A DNA stretch of 64,000 bases from an uncultured Acidobacteriota bacterium (GCA_963734635.1 CAVTIA010000008.1:106672-170671), one strand, 5' to 3'; shown: positions 11,362-21,788, numbered from the stretch's first letter. Numbers and translations are program-made. Notes: generated from the letters alone by a model not told the origin.

Positions 11362-11871
11362 ATGCCTTACATTCGTTGTCAGCCCGGCGGCTGCACGCCA
11401 CGGATTGCGCTCGCGCTGCTCGTCGTACTGCTCCTGCCCTCGACTCCGGCGTTCGCGGATGCGACAGTCTTCCTCGGCAGCTCACTGACGCCGTCCAACC
11501 GGACGGCGAAGGGGATTGCGATCGGCGCCGGTCTGCTCATCGTCGGATTCGAGTTCGAGTTCTTCGACACTGGAGAGTCGCTGGAAAGCCTGGCACCCTC
11601 GCTGCGCACGGGCATGGGGAACGTCCTGTTCCAGACTCCCTTTCCAATCGCGGGATTTCAGCCGTACTTCACGAGCGGAACCGGCATCTATCGTGAGCGC
11701 CTGGATCCGCGTCAGGAAACGAATATAGGATTCAACACGGGCGGTGGCGCGAAGATTTCCCTGGTGGGGCCGATTCGTGCCCGATTGGATTACCGGGTTT
11801 TCAACCTGCGGGGTGAGCCGCTGCATTCAACGGTGCACCGCGTCTACGCCGGGCTCAATGTCGCGTTTTGA
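11362..11871 (+). CDS. Small outer-membrane beta-barrel protein (OmpA/PorT-like)
   Basis: Signal peptide ending AFA-D, amphipathic strands, ARLDYR, C-terminal Phe (YAGLNVAF). Confidence 0.75.
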   Translation: MPYIRCQPGGCTPRIALALLVVLLLPSTPAFADATVFLGSSLTPSNRTAKGIAIGAGLLIVGFEFEFFDTGESLESLAPSLRTGMGNVLFQTPFPIAGFQPYFTSGTGIYRERLDPRQETNIGFNTGGGAKISLVGPIRARLDYRVFNLRGEPLHSTVHRVYAGLNVAF

Positions 11872-11875
11872 CAAG

Positions 11876-12080
11876 CAGCGCGGTCGCTTTTTGCAGCGGA
11901 CGGGCGACTATGAGGGCCGCGACACCCGAAGCACAAAAACGCCGCAGCGGCCATATCGACCGAGTCCGTCCAACTCCCGTTGGGAGCATCGTCGCTCACG
12001 AGACAATCGTCGTCGGGCGGCTGCGAGCGTTTTTGCGCGGCGCGAATCGGAGACCGGCCGTGCAAGAAGCGATCGCGCTG
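11876..12080. repeat. ~205-bp nested imperfect inverted repeat between convergent genes
   Basis: Outer arms CAGCGCGGTCGCTTTTTGCA / TGCAAGAAGCGATCGCGCTG match at 18/20; inner arms GCACAAAAACGCCGCAGC / GCTGCGAGCGTTTTTGCGC. Confidence 0.65.
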
Positions 12081-12094
12081 TTTCGACCGTCTTC

Positions 12095-12727
12095 CTACTG
12101 CGGTGTGCCGGGCTGCGCCGGCGGTGTGTTCGGCTGCGCCGGGCGCGTGTCGGACGGCGGTGCAGCCGTCGGTGCCGAGCCTGACGTCGGCAGCGGCGGT
12201 GGCTGCACCGGCGTGAGATTCAACAGCGTCTGACTGGCCGGCCCTGCCAGTGCACCTTGATACAGCTTCCAGATCTGCTCGATCTGATCAGGGTAAGCAT
12301 CGCTGAGGATCGGTCCAAGAGCATAGTCAGCGCCAGCCACTGCCGGGTCGAGCAGGAATGCATACAGCACGGTGCCATTCGGCCCCGGCTCGGTCGCCTT
12401 GAACACCCTCCAGCCTTTCGCTTGTGCGCGCACCTGCGGATCTGTGGACTTCTCGAGCGCGCTCTGCACATACCCAACGACAGTCTCGAAGTCAACGACG
12501 CGCTCCGGGCGGACCGCGTGGAACACAATGCCTGTCGGGGCTGTAAACGTGCGTGCGCCGAGCGGCGTGGCCGGCACAATTGGCGCAGGTACTGTCGATG
12601 GACCGGGCTGCTGCGTCGAGGGAGTGGTCGGCGGCGGAGCCGCAGGCGGCGGAACTGTCTGCGCTGCGACCGGAACAGCTGTGATCAAGGTCGCAACGAG
12701 GATGATGCCAAGCGCAACCATTCTCAT
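12095..12727 (-). CDS. Secreted hypothetical protein with Pro-rich flanks; paralog of 12811-13272
   Basis: Signal peptide ending AAQ; shared core DFE..ALEKS..QAKGWRVFK..GADY..IL. Confidence 0.75.
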   Translation of the reverse strand: MRMVALGIILVATLITAVPVAAQTVPPPAAPPPTTPSTQQPGPSTVPAPIVPATPLGARTFTAPTGIVFHAVRPERVVDFETVVGYVQSALEKSTDPQVRAQAKGWRVFKATEPGPNGTVLYAFLLDPAVAGADYALGPILSDAYPDQIEQIWKLYQGALAGPASQTLLNLTPVQPPPLPTSGSAPTAAPPSDTRPAQPNTPPAQPGTPQ

Positions 12728-12743
12728 GAAAGCTACTCTATAC

Positions 12744-12781
12744 AAAAAAAGCCACGAGCGGCGGACTGCCGCTCGTGGCTT
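12744..12781 (-). terminator. Rho-independent terminator
   Basis: Minus strand GCCACGAGCGGC-agtcc-GCCGCTCGTGGC followed by T7, 30 nt after the stop at 12811. Confidence 0.85.
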
Positions 12782-12810
12782 AGGATCAAGGTGCGTCGGA
12801 CGCGGAACGA

Positions 12811-13272
12811 CTACTTCGAGAGGTCGACGACAGTGGTAAAAGCGCCGCCGCCGAGGCTCGCCGCGAATGCATCTCGGTACTTCTCGAAGATTGCCCGCTG
12901 CGCGGCCGGATCGGTAGTCGTCTCGTACAGGATCGCGAGGATCGTGTAGTCGGCACCTTTCACAACCGGATTGATCACGTGCATGTAGACGATGGTGCCG
13001 TCCTTCATTGGCGTGCCGCTCTTCACCACCTTCCAGCCGGCAGCTTGCTGCTTGCGCTCAGGCTTCTCCGACTTCATGAGCGCAGCGCGAACATCATTCA
13101 TGATCTGCTCGAACTCGGCAGTCTTATCCGGCTTGATGGCGACCGTCACAATTGCAGTGTCGCCGTCGAAGGTCAGCGCCTGGCCCTGCGCGCGGACACC
13201 ACCGTGGCCCTGCGAAAACGCTGGCAGCAACATGATCGCGCCAGTCAGTAGTAACCCGGATAGTCGTCGCAT
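12811..13272 (-). CDS. Secreted hypothetical protein (possibly a dimeric alpha/beta-barrel fold)
   Basis: GGAGG RBS before ATG 13272; signal peptide; core EFE..ALMKS..QAAGWKVVK..GADY..IL. Confidence 0.78.
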   Translation of the reverse strand: MRRLSGLLLTGAIMLLPAFSQGHGGVRAQGQALTFDGDTAIVTVAIKPDKTAEFEQIMNDVRAALMKSEKPERKQQAAGWKVVKSGTPMKDGTIVYMHVINPVVKGADYTILAILYETTTDPAAQRAIFEKYRDAFAASLGGGAFTTVVDLSK

Positions 13273-13292
13273 CGTCAAGCCTCCTGGGAGCA

Positions 13293-13348
13293 CCCGCCTA
13301 CGCGTTCACGCTTCGGCGAGGTCTCGCCGGAGCCTTGGCGAAGGCGGG
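13293..13348. repeat. Palindromic intergenic element (CCCGCCTACGC...GCGAAGGCGGG)
   Basis: Terminal inverted repeats with an internal GCTTCGGCGAG/CTCGCCGGAGC stem. Confidence 0.65.
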
Positions 13349-13360
13349 AAGGCGGATAAT

Positions 13361-14497
13361 CTACCGTACCGTTGAGCGGATGAAAACGGCCATCACTTCG
13401 TGAGCAAGAAGCATTCCCTGGCGCGGCATCCGCAGCGACCGGCCATCATAAACCAAAAGCCCCCCATCTACGAAGGGTTGGAGTTCGCGGCCGTATTCCT
13501 GCCAGACATCAACGGCGTAATGGCTTTTCACTTCCTGTAAATCGAGGCCGTCGATCAGACGAAGACCCATGAACAGCGCCTCCTCGAGTCGCTCCGCGTC
13601 GGTCAGGACGCGTCTCTCGGTGGCGGGCTGTCCTCCGGCCGTCACAGCCGAGATGTACTCCTCCGTAGCCGCGCGGTTCTTCCATCGAACGCCCCGCCGG
13701 GTGGAGTGCGCACCGCACCCGAATCCAAGCCACTCGCCGTCCGTCCAATATTTCAGGTTATGACGTGACTCCCGCCCCGGACGGGCAACGTTCGAGATTT
13801 CGTACTGGACGTAGCCGGCGCGGTCCATCCGCTCGAGACCGGAGAGATACATCTCCGCCGCGTCGTCCTCGGGGGCGACCGACCACGCGCCGCGCGCCAT
13901 CGCGTCGCGGAGCGGAGCGTTCGGATAGATTTCGAGCAAGTACATCGAGGCGTGCTCCGGACCGAGCTCGATCAGCGCATCCACCGACTCGAGCCATTGC
14001 GGCACGGACTGCTCAGGCAGCCACATCATGAGATCGAGAGAGACATTGTCGAAGCCGGCGACCCGGGCTGCTCGGAATGCTGCTGTGGCTTTCTCAGCCG
14101 AATGCAGACGGCTCAACCGCTGAAGTTCCGCATCGCTGAACGACTGAACGCCGATACTGAGGCGGTTCACGCCCGCCGCGCGCATACCGGCAAGGCGTTC
14201 GGGCGTGGCGGTTTCCGGGTTTGCTTCGAGCGTGATCTCAGCGTCGGATGCGACGTCCCACGCCTGACGACACTTCTCGATAATTGCGCGAACTTCGAAT
14301 GGCTCCAACAGCGACGGCGTGCCGCCGCCGAAGTAGATCGTATCGGCCGGCGAGCCATCGCCCGCCCCCGCAATCTCGGCGAGCAGCGCGGCGACGTACC
14401 GCTCTTTCAGCGCGGCATCGAACAGCCCGCGGTTGAAGTTGCAGTAGTTGCAAATAGCCGAGCAGAACGGGATATGGACGTAGAGACCGAGGCTCAT
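13361..14497 (-). CDS. hemW: Radical SAM heme chaperone HemW
   Basis: LYVHIPFCSAICNYC, YFGGGTPS, YEISN, HNLKYW. Confidence 0.92.
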   Translation of the reverse strand: MSLGLYVHIPFCSAICNYCNFNRGLFDAALKERYVAALLAEIAGAGDGSPADTIYFGGGTPSLLEPFEVRAIIEKCRQAWDVASDAEITLEANPETATPERLAGMRAAGVNRLSIGVQSFSDAELQRLSRLHSAEKATAAFRAARVAGFDNVSLDLMMWLPEQSVPQWLESVDALIELGPEHASMYLLEIYPNAPLRDAMARGAWSVAPEDDAAEMYLSGLERMDRAGYVQYEISNVARPGRESRHNLKYWTDGEWLGFGCGAHSTRRGVRWKNRAATEEYISAVTAGGQPATERRVLTDAERLEEALFMGLRLIDGLDLQEVKSHYAVDVWQEYGRELQPFVDGGLLVYDGRSLRMPRQGMLLAHEVMAVFIRSTVR

Positions 14498-14537
14498 TGC
14501 AGATCTTCGATTGATGATCGCAGATTTGCGGGGGGCT

Positions 14538-14571
14538 CCCGGGATCGGGGATTGGGGATGGGGGATTGGGA
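14538..14571. repeat. Heptamer tandem array (GGGATNG)
   Basis: gggatcg-gggattg-gggatgg-gggattg-gg; preceded by a degenerate array at 14498-14530. Confidence 0.7.
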
Positions 14572-15432
14572 CTACGACCCCGCCCTGCCGCCGGGCCACT
14601 TCAAGTCGGGAGCCGGCTCGGTTCCGCGAAAGCGCGCCTTGAGCTGCGATTTCGCACCCGGGCTCGGGAGGTGCTTGTGTGTCCGGCTTCCGCGCTGGCT
14701 CAGTTGGGCGAGCTGTTCCGCCGACGGGTTCGGCCCGGCTTCACGGTAGTCGAAATCGCCTTCCAGATGGACGAATTCCGCCATCTCGAACATGCGGGAA
14801 TACATCCGAAACCCGACGCGCTCCAGCAGGGTTTCCGCGTGCTTGGACTCCGACGGCGGCTCGATGGGATAGTTCGTCGTGAAAATCATCGGCCGACGAT
14901 CGTTGTACCGCGCGTTGACGATGAGATGGAGCATTTCTTCGACCCATTCCGTCGCGCGCTCCGCCCCGATGTCGTCGAGAACCAGCAGGTCCGCGCCGAC
15001 AACACTGTTGACGACGTCTCGCTCCGACTCGGTCGTTCTCGAAACGGGGTCGTACGACTGGCGAATGCGGCGAAGCAGCTCGCGCGTGTCGTAGAACACC
15101 CCGCGGAGGCCGCGGGCGTGAGCCGCAAGCTTCAGGCACGCAATTGCCACGTGTGTCTTCCCCAGACCGGGACGCCCGTGAAGAAGCAGCCCCCGATCGA
15201 CGGCCGGGAACTCTTCGACGAAGCGCCGTGCGCGCCCGACGGCCTTACTCAACGAATCGTTGTAGTCGTGGAAGTTGTCGAGGTCGCACTTTTCGTAGCG
15301 TGGAGGGATGTCGGCGTCGCGGGCCAGCCGATCGGCGGACGCACGCTTCCAGCAGTCGCACCGCACCACCCGCGACACACCGTCTTCGAGCACCGGCTTC
15401 CAACCGGTTCCATCGCAGATTGTGCAGGCCAC
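14572..15432 (-). CDS. DnaC/IstB-like AAA+ ATPase with N-terminal Zn-ribbon
   Basis: CTICDGTGW..RCDC, IPPRYEKC, Walker A GRPGLGKTH, Walker B LLVLDDIG, IFTTN, ERVGFRMYSRM. Confidence 0.88.
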   Translation of the reverse strand: MACTICDGTGWKPVLEDGVSRVVRCDCWKRASADRLARDADIPPRYEKCDLDNFHDYNDSLSKAVGRARRFVEEFPAVDRGLLLHGRPGLGKTHVAIACLKLAAHARGLRGVFYDTRELLRRIRQSYDPVSRTTESERDVVNSVVGADLLVLDDIGAERATEWVEEMLHLIVNARYNDRRPMIFTTNYPIEPPSESKHAETLLERVGFRMYSRMFEMAEFVHLEGDFDYREAGPNPSAEQLAQLSQRGSRTHKHLPSPGAKSQLKARFRGTEPAPDLKWPGGRAGS

Positions 15433-15480
15433 GAGTGATCGTAACGCTGAAACGGAGAATTCAAAATGCCAGACGCAAAA

Positions 15481-15921
15481 TTATTTTTGCGTTTTGACTT
15501 TTGAGTTCTGCATTTCTCCATCAGTGGCTTGGGGCGTGTGCCTTACGAGGTCCGTCGGCGACGACTTCACGAGCGCGGTACCGAGCCGCTGCTCCCAGTC
15601 GTCGATGCCGCGCGCAAGCTCGCGCTTGACATACTCCATGAACTCGTTGACCTCGCGCTGCATCTGCTCCATCTTGCGGCGCATGTTGAGAATGATTTCA
15701 ACGCCGGCGAGGTTGACGCCGAGATCGCGCGTGAGAGCGAGAATGGTCTCGAGCTGTTGGAGGTCCTCTTCCGAGTAGAGACGCGTGTTTCCCTCCGTGC
15801 GGGACGGCTTCAGCAGCCCTTCACGTTCGTACAGGCGCAGCGTCTGCGGATGGATGTCGTACTTCTGCGACACCGCGCTGATCATGTAGTACGCCTTCCC
15901 GCGTTCAGCACGCTTCGCCAT
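15481..15921 (-). CDS. hspR: MerR-family heat-shock repressor HspR
   Basis: YMISAVSQKYDIHPQTLRLYEREGLLKPSRTEGNTRLYS, LGVNLAGVEIIL; directly downstream of dnaJ. Confidence 0.92.
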   Translation of the reverse strand: MAKRAERGKAYYMISAVSQKYDIHPQTLRLYEREGLLKPSRTEGNTRLYSEEDLQQLETILALTRDLGVNLAGVEIILNMRRKMEQMQREVNEFMEYVKRELARGIDDWEQRLGTALVKSSPTDLVRHTPQATDGEMQNSKVKTQK

Positions 15922-15963
15922 GCTATTTCCTCGAGCGACGACGGCCACGGAACATTGGGAGCG

Positions 15964-17091
15964 TCACGGCTTCTGATCGTGTGACGGTGCGCCCGCGTGC
16001 GATGCCGCGTCCGGCAACGCTTCGCGGACACTCTCGCCGTTGATGCGACCGAATTCCTTGAGCAGCTCCTTCGAACGCTCGTCGAGGATCTTCGGCAGCA
16101 TCAGACGCACTTCGACGATGAGATCGCCGCGCCGTCCGTCGCGCGCCGAAGCTGCACCACGATCGCGCAGGCGAAACCGCTGTCCCGATTGGGTACCCGG
16201 CGGAACCCGCAGCCGGGTGGTTCCGCCGTCTGGAGTCGGCACATCCACGCGCGTGCCGAGCGCCGCCTCGTGCACCGCAATCGGCAGGATCACGTGAAAA
16301 TCGTCGCCCTCGCGGCGAAAGCGGGGGTTCGGAGCGACGTGGATGGAAATGTACACATCACCCGGTGCTCCGCCGTACAGGCCCGCATTTCCCTTACCGG
16401 GCACGCGAACCCGGTCGCCGTCGCCGATGCCTGCAGGAATCCGGACCTCCACAGTCTCGGTGCGGGTTTCCTGTCCCGCGCCGGCGCATTGCTCACACGG
16501 CCTGGGCCGCCGCTGACCGGTCCCGCCACAGGCGGAACAGCTGCGTGAGAACACCATGTGACCCCGTACGGAGCGAACGCCGCCGGTACCATCGCAGGCC
16601 GTGCAGGGGCTCGGGCTCATGCGGTTGCGGCCACTTCCGCGGCAGGTGCGGCAATGCTCGCGGCGCGTGAGTGTCAGCGTCCGAGTCGTTCCGGCAAACG
16701 CTTCGTCGAACCCGAGCTGCACGCTCTGATGCAAATCGGCGCCGCGCTCGGGCGACCGAGCCCGCGCACCGCGCGTGCTGAGCACCTCGGCAAACAAATC
16801 GCCAAACGTAGCCGAATGGTCGACGCCGCGAGTCGAGAAATCGAATCCCTCGAACCCGCTGGCGCGGCGCGCGTCCTCCGTGTCCGCCACGAGCCCCGAG
16901 TCGTAGCGCGAGCGCCGCTGCGGATCCATCAGCGTCTCGTACGCCTCGACGATCTGACGGAAGCGCACTTCCGACGTGTGATCCCCGGGATTCACGTCCG
17001 GATGAAAGCGCCGCGCCAGGCGCCGATACGCCCGCTTGATGTCGGACTCGGTGGCGCTGTGCGACAAGCCGAGCACAATGTAGAGATCCAT
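15964..17091 (-). CDS. dnaJ: Chaperone DnaJ
   Basis: J-domain HPD, four CxxCxGxG repeats, C-terminal PPGTQSGQRFRL. Confidence 0.93.
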   Translation of the reverse strand: MDLYIVLGLSHSATESDIKRAYRRLARRFHPDVNPGDHTSEVRFRQIVEAYETLMDPQRRSRYDSGLVADTEDARRASGFEGFDFSTRGVDHSATFGDLFAEVLSTRGARARSPERGADLHQSVQLGFDEAFAGTTRTLTLTRREHCRTCRGSGRNRMSPSPCTACDGTGGVRSVRGHMVFSRSCSACGGTGQRRPRPCEQCAGAGQETRTETVEVRIPAGIGDGDRVRVPGKGNAGLYGGAPGDVYISIHVAPNPRFRREGDDFHVILPIAVHEAALGTRVDVPTPDGGTTRLRVPPGTQSGQRFRLRDRGAASARDGRRGDLIVEVRLMLPKILDERSKELLKEFGRINGESVREALPDAASHAGAPSHDQKP

Positions 17092-17109
17092 GAACCTACT
17101 GATCGATGA

Positions 17110-19041
17110 TCACTTCTTCTCTTCGTCCACGACCTCGGCGTCGATGACGTCGCCCTGCGAGCCGCCGCCCGGCGTTGGCCCGGATCCAGTCGCTCCAGGT
17201 CCCGCCGCTCCGGACCCTCCGCTGCCGCCGCTCGTCCCGGCGCCCGCCTGCTTGTACAACGCCTCCGCGGCGCGGTGCTGCGCCTGCGTCAACTGCTCCA
17301 TCGCGCGATTCATGCCCGCGATGTCGTTTGCGGAGATTGCACTCTTCAGCGACTCGATCGCTGATTCGACCGCCGCCTTGTCCGACGCCGCAAGCTTCGG
17401 CCCCATGTCTTGCAGCATCTTCTCGGCCGCGTACAACGTCTGATCGGCGCGATTCCTGACCTCGATCTCCTCGCGACGCTTCTTATCCTCCTCGGCGTGC
17501 GACTCGGCATCCTTCATCATCCGGTCGACTTCGTCCTTGCTGAGGCCGCTGGATGCCGTGATGGTGATCTTTTGCTCCTTGCCAGTGCCCATGTCCTTCG
17601 CCGACACGTTCACGATGCCGTTCGCATCGATATCGAATGTCACTTCGATCTGCGGAACGCCCCTCGGGGCCGGTGGAATGCCGACGAGCTGAAATCGCCC
17701 GAGCGTGCGGTTGTCGCGCGCCAGCGGACGCTCGCCCTGCAGCACGTGCACCTCGACGCTCGTCTGGCTGTCGGCAGCGGTGGAAAACACTTCGCCTTTC
17801 CGTGTCGGGATCGTGGTATTGCGCGGGATCAGGGTGGTCATCACGCCGCCGAGCGTCTCGATGCCCAGCGAGAGCGGCGTCACGTCGAGGAGAAGGAGGT
17901 CCTTGACCTCGCCAGCCAGCACGCCTGCCTGAATCCCCGCACCAACGGCCACTACTTCGTCGGGGTTGACACCTTTGTGCGGATCCTTGCCGAACAGGTC
18001 CTTGACGATTTGCTGCACGCGTGGAATTCGCGTGGAACCGCCAACGAGGACGACTTCGTCGATCTTCGACGGATCGACACCGGCGTCGGAGAGCGCCTGC
18101 TTCGTGGGTCCAACTGTCCTCTGCAGCAGGTCGTCGACGAGCTGCTCGAACCGGGCCCGCGTGAGCTTCTGCTGTAGGTGCTTCGGTCCGCTCTGATCGG
18201 CGGTGATGAACGGCAGGCTGATGTCGGTCTCCATCACCGTGGAAAGCTCCATCTTGGCCTTCTCCCCCGCTTCCTTCAGCCGCTGGAGCGCCATCCGGTC
18301 CTTGCCGAGGTCAATGCCGTCGCTCTTCTTGAACTCGGCAATGATCCACTCGATGATGCGCTGATCGAGGTTGTCGCCGCCGAGGTGTGTGTCGCCGTTG
18401 GTGGCCTTTACCTCGACGACACCCTCGCCCACCTCGAGGATCGAGATGTCGAACGTGCCGCCGCCGAAGTCGTAGACGGCAATCGTCTCGTCTTTCTTCT
18501 TATCGAGCCCGTACGCCAGAGCCGCGGCCGTCGGTTCGTTGACAATCCGCATCACCTCGAGGCCGGCGATCTGGCCCGCCTCCTTCGTCGCTTGCCTCTG
18601 CGCGTCGTTGAAGTATGCGGGGACGGTGATGACCGCTTTCGTCACCGGCTGGCCGAGATACTCCTCGGCAGCCTGCTTCAGCTTCTGGAGCACCATCGCG
18701 GAGATCTGCGGCGGCGCGTATTCCTGGTCGCCAATCTTGATGCGGACGTCGCCGTTGGGCACGGCCGCCACACGATACGGGACCATCTTCATTTCTTCGG
18801 TGACCTCATCGAAACGACGGCCCATGAAGCGTTTGATCGAGAACACAGTGTTCTCAGGGTTGGTGACCGCCTGTCGCTTCGCGACCTGTCCGACAAGCCG
18901 CTCGCCCGCCTTCGTGAACGCCACCACGGAGGGGGTCAGTCGGCTGCCTTCCGGATTGGTGATGACGACCGGTTCGCCGCCTTCCATCACCGCCACCACG
19001 GAATTGGTCGTGCCGAGATCGATACCGATGATTTTGCTCAT
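17110..19041 (-). CDS. dnaK: Chaperone DnaK (Hsp70)
   Basis: [31 protein letters not shown]-terminal [10 protein letters not shown]. Confidence 0.98.
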   Translation of the reverse strand: MSKIIGIDLGTTNSVVAVMEGGEPVVITNPEGSRLTPSVVAFTKAGERLVGQVAKRQAVTNPENTVFSIKRFMGRRFDEVTEEMKMVPYRVAAVPNGDVRIKIGDQEYAPPQISAMVLQKLKQAAEEYLGQPVTKAVITVPAYFNDAQRQATKEAGQIAGLEVMRIVNEPTAAALAYGLDKKKDETIAVYDFGGGTFDISILEVGEGVVEVKATNGDTHLGGDNLDQRIIEWIIAEFKKSDGIDLGKDRMALQRLKEAGEKAKMELSTVMETDISLPFITADQSGPKHLQQKLTRARFEQLVDDLLQRTVGPTKQALSDAGVDPSKIDEVVLVGGSTRIPRVQQIVKDLFGKDPHKGVNPDEVVAVGAGIQAGVLAGEVKDLLLLDVTPLSLGIETLGGVMTTLIPRNTTIPTRKGEVFSTAADSQTSVEVHVLQGERPLARDNRTLGRFQLVGIPPAPRGVPQIEVTFDIDANGIVNVSAKDMGTGKEQKITITASSGLSKDEVDRMMKDAESHAEEDKKRREEIEVRNRADQTLYAAEKMLQDMGPKLAASDKAAVESAIESLKSAISANDIAGMNRAMEQLTQAQHRAAEALYKQAGAGTSGGSGGSGAAGPGATGSGPTPGGGSQGDVIDAEVVDEEKK

Positions 19042-19101
19042 GTCGTCGCGTCCCTTCGCGCGGGCCCAAGGCTCTGAAAGCCGATCGTTTAGCTGATTCT
19101 T

Positions 19102-19130
19102 ATTATCAAAATTGAGTGCAATATAGTCAA
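19102..19130 (-). promoter_or_regulatory. Sigma70-type promoter of dnaK
   Basis: Minus strand TTGACT (19130-19125), 17-nt spacer, GATAAT (19107-19102). Confidence 0.8.
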
Positions 19131-19131
19131 T
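19111..19131. promoter_or_regulatory. HAIR-like operator (HspR binding site)
   Basis: ATTGAGT-N7-AGTCAAT against the consensus CTTGAGT-N7-ACTCAAG; overlaps the -35 box; hspR is in the same cluster. Confidence 0.82.
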
Positions 19132-19209
19132 CTTTGGCAAAACACGTCGGCCGAAACAGGGCCGTAAGCGCTTATATCTCCAACGGTTATACTGAGCTGT
19201 CACATATCG

Positions 19210-21537
19210 ATGACTGAGTCCGACCCGTCACGCGCGCAGAGCCGACGCGTCGTCATCAAAGTCGCGCGGCGGGCGGGGATCGTCGCCCTGTTCCTGGTCG
19301 CCGCGGTTCTGGGTACGGTCAGCGGCGTGCTGTTCGCCTACACCGACGACCTCCCACAGATCAGCGCGCTCGACTCGTATCAGCCCAACACCATTACGCG
19401 GATCCTCGCCCGTGACGGCCGGGAAATCGGCGAGTTCGCAACGGAGCGGCGCGTCGTCATCGACTACGACAGCATTGCCCCGGTTCTCCGTCAGACGATC
19501 ATGGCGAGCGAAGACGCCGATTTCGAGCAGCACTTCGGCCTGAGCATCTCGCGGATCATCATCACGGCGATCAACGACATCGTTTACGGCCAGCGGTTCG
19601 GCGCCAGCACGATCACGCAGCAGGTGGCAAGAATGCTGTTCCTGCAGGACTATATGCAGGGCGGCGTGTTCCAACGGTCGGGCGTTCGCGGATTCGAGCG
19701 GAAGATCAAGGAAGCCATCGTCGCCATCCAGCTCGAGAAGCGGTACACGAAGCGCGAAATCTTCACCTTCTACGCGAACCACGTGACGATGGGGCACGGC
19801 GCATATGGGGTCGAGTCGGGCGCACGCCTCTACTTCAACAAGGCTGCAAAGGATGTCACCCTGGACGAGGCTGCCACGATTGCGGCCATCGTGCAGACAC
19901 CCGCGCGGCTCAGCCCGTTCGTCAATCCTGACCAGACGCTGGCCCGCCGCAACAATTACGTGCTGGCGCGGATGGTGGACGAGGGCTTTATCTCCGAGGA
20001 CGACGCCAAGAATGCCGCGGCGCGCCCTCTGCAGCTGCCCGGACAGCCCACCCCGGATCGATCGATCGCACCGTACTTCGTCGAAGAAGTTCGAAAGATG
20101 CTCGAACAGAAGTACGGCGCCGACGCGCTGTACGAAGCCGGCTTGCGCGTGCAGACGACGCTCGACGCGGATCTGCAGACGGTCGCGAACACGGCGATCG
20201 ATCGCGGGCTGCGGACCGTAGACAAACGACGAAGCGGGTATCGTCGCGCCACGCGGAACGTCGTCGCCGAAGGACACGACATCGCCGCCTTCACGATGCC
20301 TCGCTGGTCGCAGCCTCTGCATGTCGGAGATATCGTTCCCGCCGTGGTGACCGCGGTACCAGCACGCGGCGCGGGCGCGAGCGCGAAAATCCGCGTCGGC
20401 CCCTACACGCTCGACTTTCCACCGAGCTCGTGGTCGTGGTCGCGTCGATCGGCAGCAGATCTCTTCCGCGTGGGGGATCTCATCGAAGTCCAGGTGAGCG
20501 ACGTTCGTGACGGCGCGCCGCAAAAGGTGGCACTGGAACAGGAGCCCCAGCTCGAAGGCGCGCTCGTCGCGATCGACAACCGTACGGGCGAGATTCTCGC
20601 GATGGTCGGTGGATTCAGCTTTGAACGGAGCAAGTTCAACCGCGCGACGCAGGCGCATCGGCAGCTCGGCTCGGTGTTCAAGCCGATCGTATACACGACG
20701 GCAATCGACCGGGGCTTCACGCCCGTGTCGATGTTCGTCGACGAGCCGTTGTCGCTCGAGCCCGGACCCAACCAGCCGCTGTACGAGCCGATGAACTACG
20801 ACCGCAAGTTCGAAGGGCCGGTGACACTGCGCCATGCGCTGGAGCAGTCGCGCAACATACCTGCGGTCAAGGCGATGCTCGAAGTCGGTCCGCAGCAGGT
20901 GGTGAGCTACGCGGGACGCTTCGGATTCCCCGCCACGTTCTCACCATTTCTGTCACTCGCTCTCGGCTCGGCGGAGGCGACGCTGCTCGACGCAACCGCC
21001 GCATACTCCGTGTTTCCAAATCAGGGCGTCCGGATGACGCCGTTCGGCGTGACGGCGATAGCGGATCGCGAGGGCAACGTGCTCGAGCAGAACCGGCCGG
21101 AAGCGCACGAAGCCATTCGGGCCGATACATCGTTCGTCATGACGAGCTTGCTGCGGGGCGTCGTCCAGCGAGGTACCGCAGCCGCTGCTGCATCAATTGA
21201 GTGGCCGCTCGCGGGCAAGACCGGGACCGTGGACGATTACACGGACACCTGGTTCATCGGTTTCGATCCGAACATCACGGTTGGTGTGTGGGTCGGCTAC
21301 GACGAGAAGAAGCCGATTGGCGGCACCAGCAACGGTGAGACGGGCGCCACGGCTGCGCTGCCCATCTGGATGGAATTCATGCAGGCCTACATCGAACTGC
21401 GCGGCGACCGCGACAACCCACCGCAATTCGAGCCGCCCGGCAACATCGTGTTCGTGACGCTCGACTCAGGCATCACCGAAGCGTTCATCAACGGCACCCA
21501 GCCGCAGGGCGTCGCGGCGATCCCGGCGTCGGAGTGA
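19210..21537 (+). CDS. mrcA: Penicillin-binding protein 1A (class A)
   Basis: N-terminal TM; transglycosylase [19 protein letters not shown]; transpeptidase SVFK, SRN, KTG. Confidence 0.93.
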   Translation: MTESDPSRAQSRRVVIKVARRAGIVALFLVAAVLGTVSGVLFAYTDDLPQISALDSYQPNTITRILARDGREIGEFATERRVVIDYDSIAPVLRQTIMASEDADFEQHFGLSISRIIITAINDIVYGQRFGASTITQQVARMLFLQDYMQGGVFQRSGVRGFERKIKEAIVAIQLEKRYTKREIFTFYANHVTMGHGAYGVESGARLYFNKAAKDVTLDEAATIAAIVQTPARLSPFVNPDQTLARRNNYVLARMVDEGFISEDDAKNAAARPLQLPGQPTPDRSIAPYFVEEVRKMLEQKYGADALYEAGLRVQTTLDADLQTVANTAIDRGLRTVDKRRSGYRRATRNVVAEGHDIAAFTMPRWSQPLHVGDIVPAVVTAVPARGAGASAKIRVGPYTLDFPPSSWSWSRRSAADLFRVGDLIEVQVSDVRDGAPQKVALEQEPQLEGALVAIDNRTGEILAMVGGFSFERSKFNRATQAHRQLGSVFKPIVYTTAIDRGFTPVSMFVDEPLSLEPGPNQPLYEPMNYDRKFEGPVTLRHALEQSRNIPAVKAMLEVGPQQVVSYAGRFGFPATFSPFLSLALGSAEATLLDATAAYSVFPNQGVRMTPFGVTAIADREGNVLEQNRPEAHEAIRADTSFVMTSLLRGVVQRGTAAAAASIEWPLAGKTGTVDDYTDTWFIGFDPNITVGVWVGYDEKKPIGGTSNGETGATAALPIWMEFMQAYIELRGDRDNPPQFEPPGNIVFVTLDSGITEAFINGTQPQGVAAIPASE

Positions 21538-21572
21538 AAGTCTTTGGTCTTTGGTCTCTTAAAGACCAGGCC

Positions 21573-21788
21573 CTATGCATGCCGATGGCGCCGGCGAACC
21601 CTCCGACTCACGGCCAGCGCCGCGATGGTGAGTAACAGCAGCATGGCAGCGCCGGTCAGCACTTCCCACGGATAGAAGAACACGGCAAAAATCCCGGGGA
21701 TGAGGAGGATGGAGTTGAGTCCCAGGATCCACCATGCACCATCGCCTGAGACATGTTCCCCCATGTAGTCGAGGAGCGCACGAATCAT
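21573..21788 (-). CDS. Small two-TM membrane protein
   Basis: GGAGG RBS; two hydrophobic segments and a basic C-terminal tail. Confidence 0.55.
   Translation of the reverse strand: MIRALLDYMGEHVSGDGAWWILGLNSILLIPGIFAVFFYPWEVLTGAAMLLLLTIAALAVSRRVRRRHRHA

Noticed and set aside
14498-14599. N-terminal extension of hemW given in the ORF track
   Set aside because: It is encoded by heptamer arrays; the family-typical sequence starts at ATG 14497.
14572-15432. IS21 element or prophage suggested by the IstB-like ATPase
   Set aside because: No IstA, terminal repeats, integrase or phage genes; the flanks are housekeeping genes.
19042-19203. 54-aa N-terminal extension of DnaK
   Set aside because: It spans the promoter and HAIR site; the canonical [10 protein letters not shown] starts at 19041.
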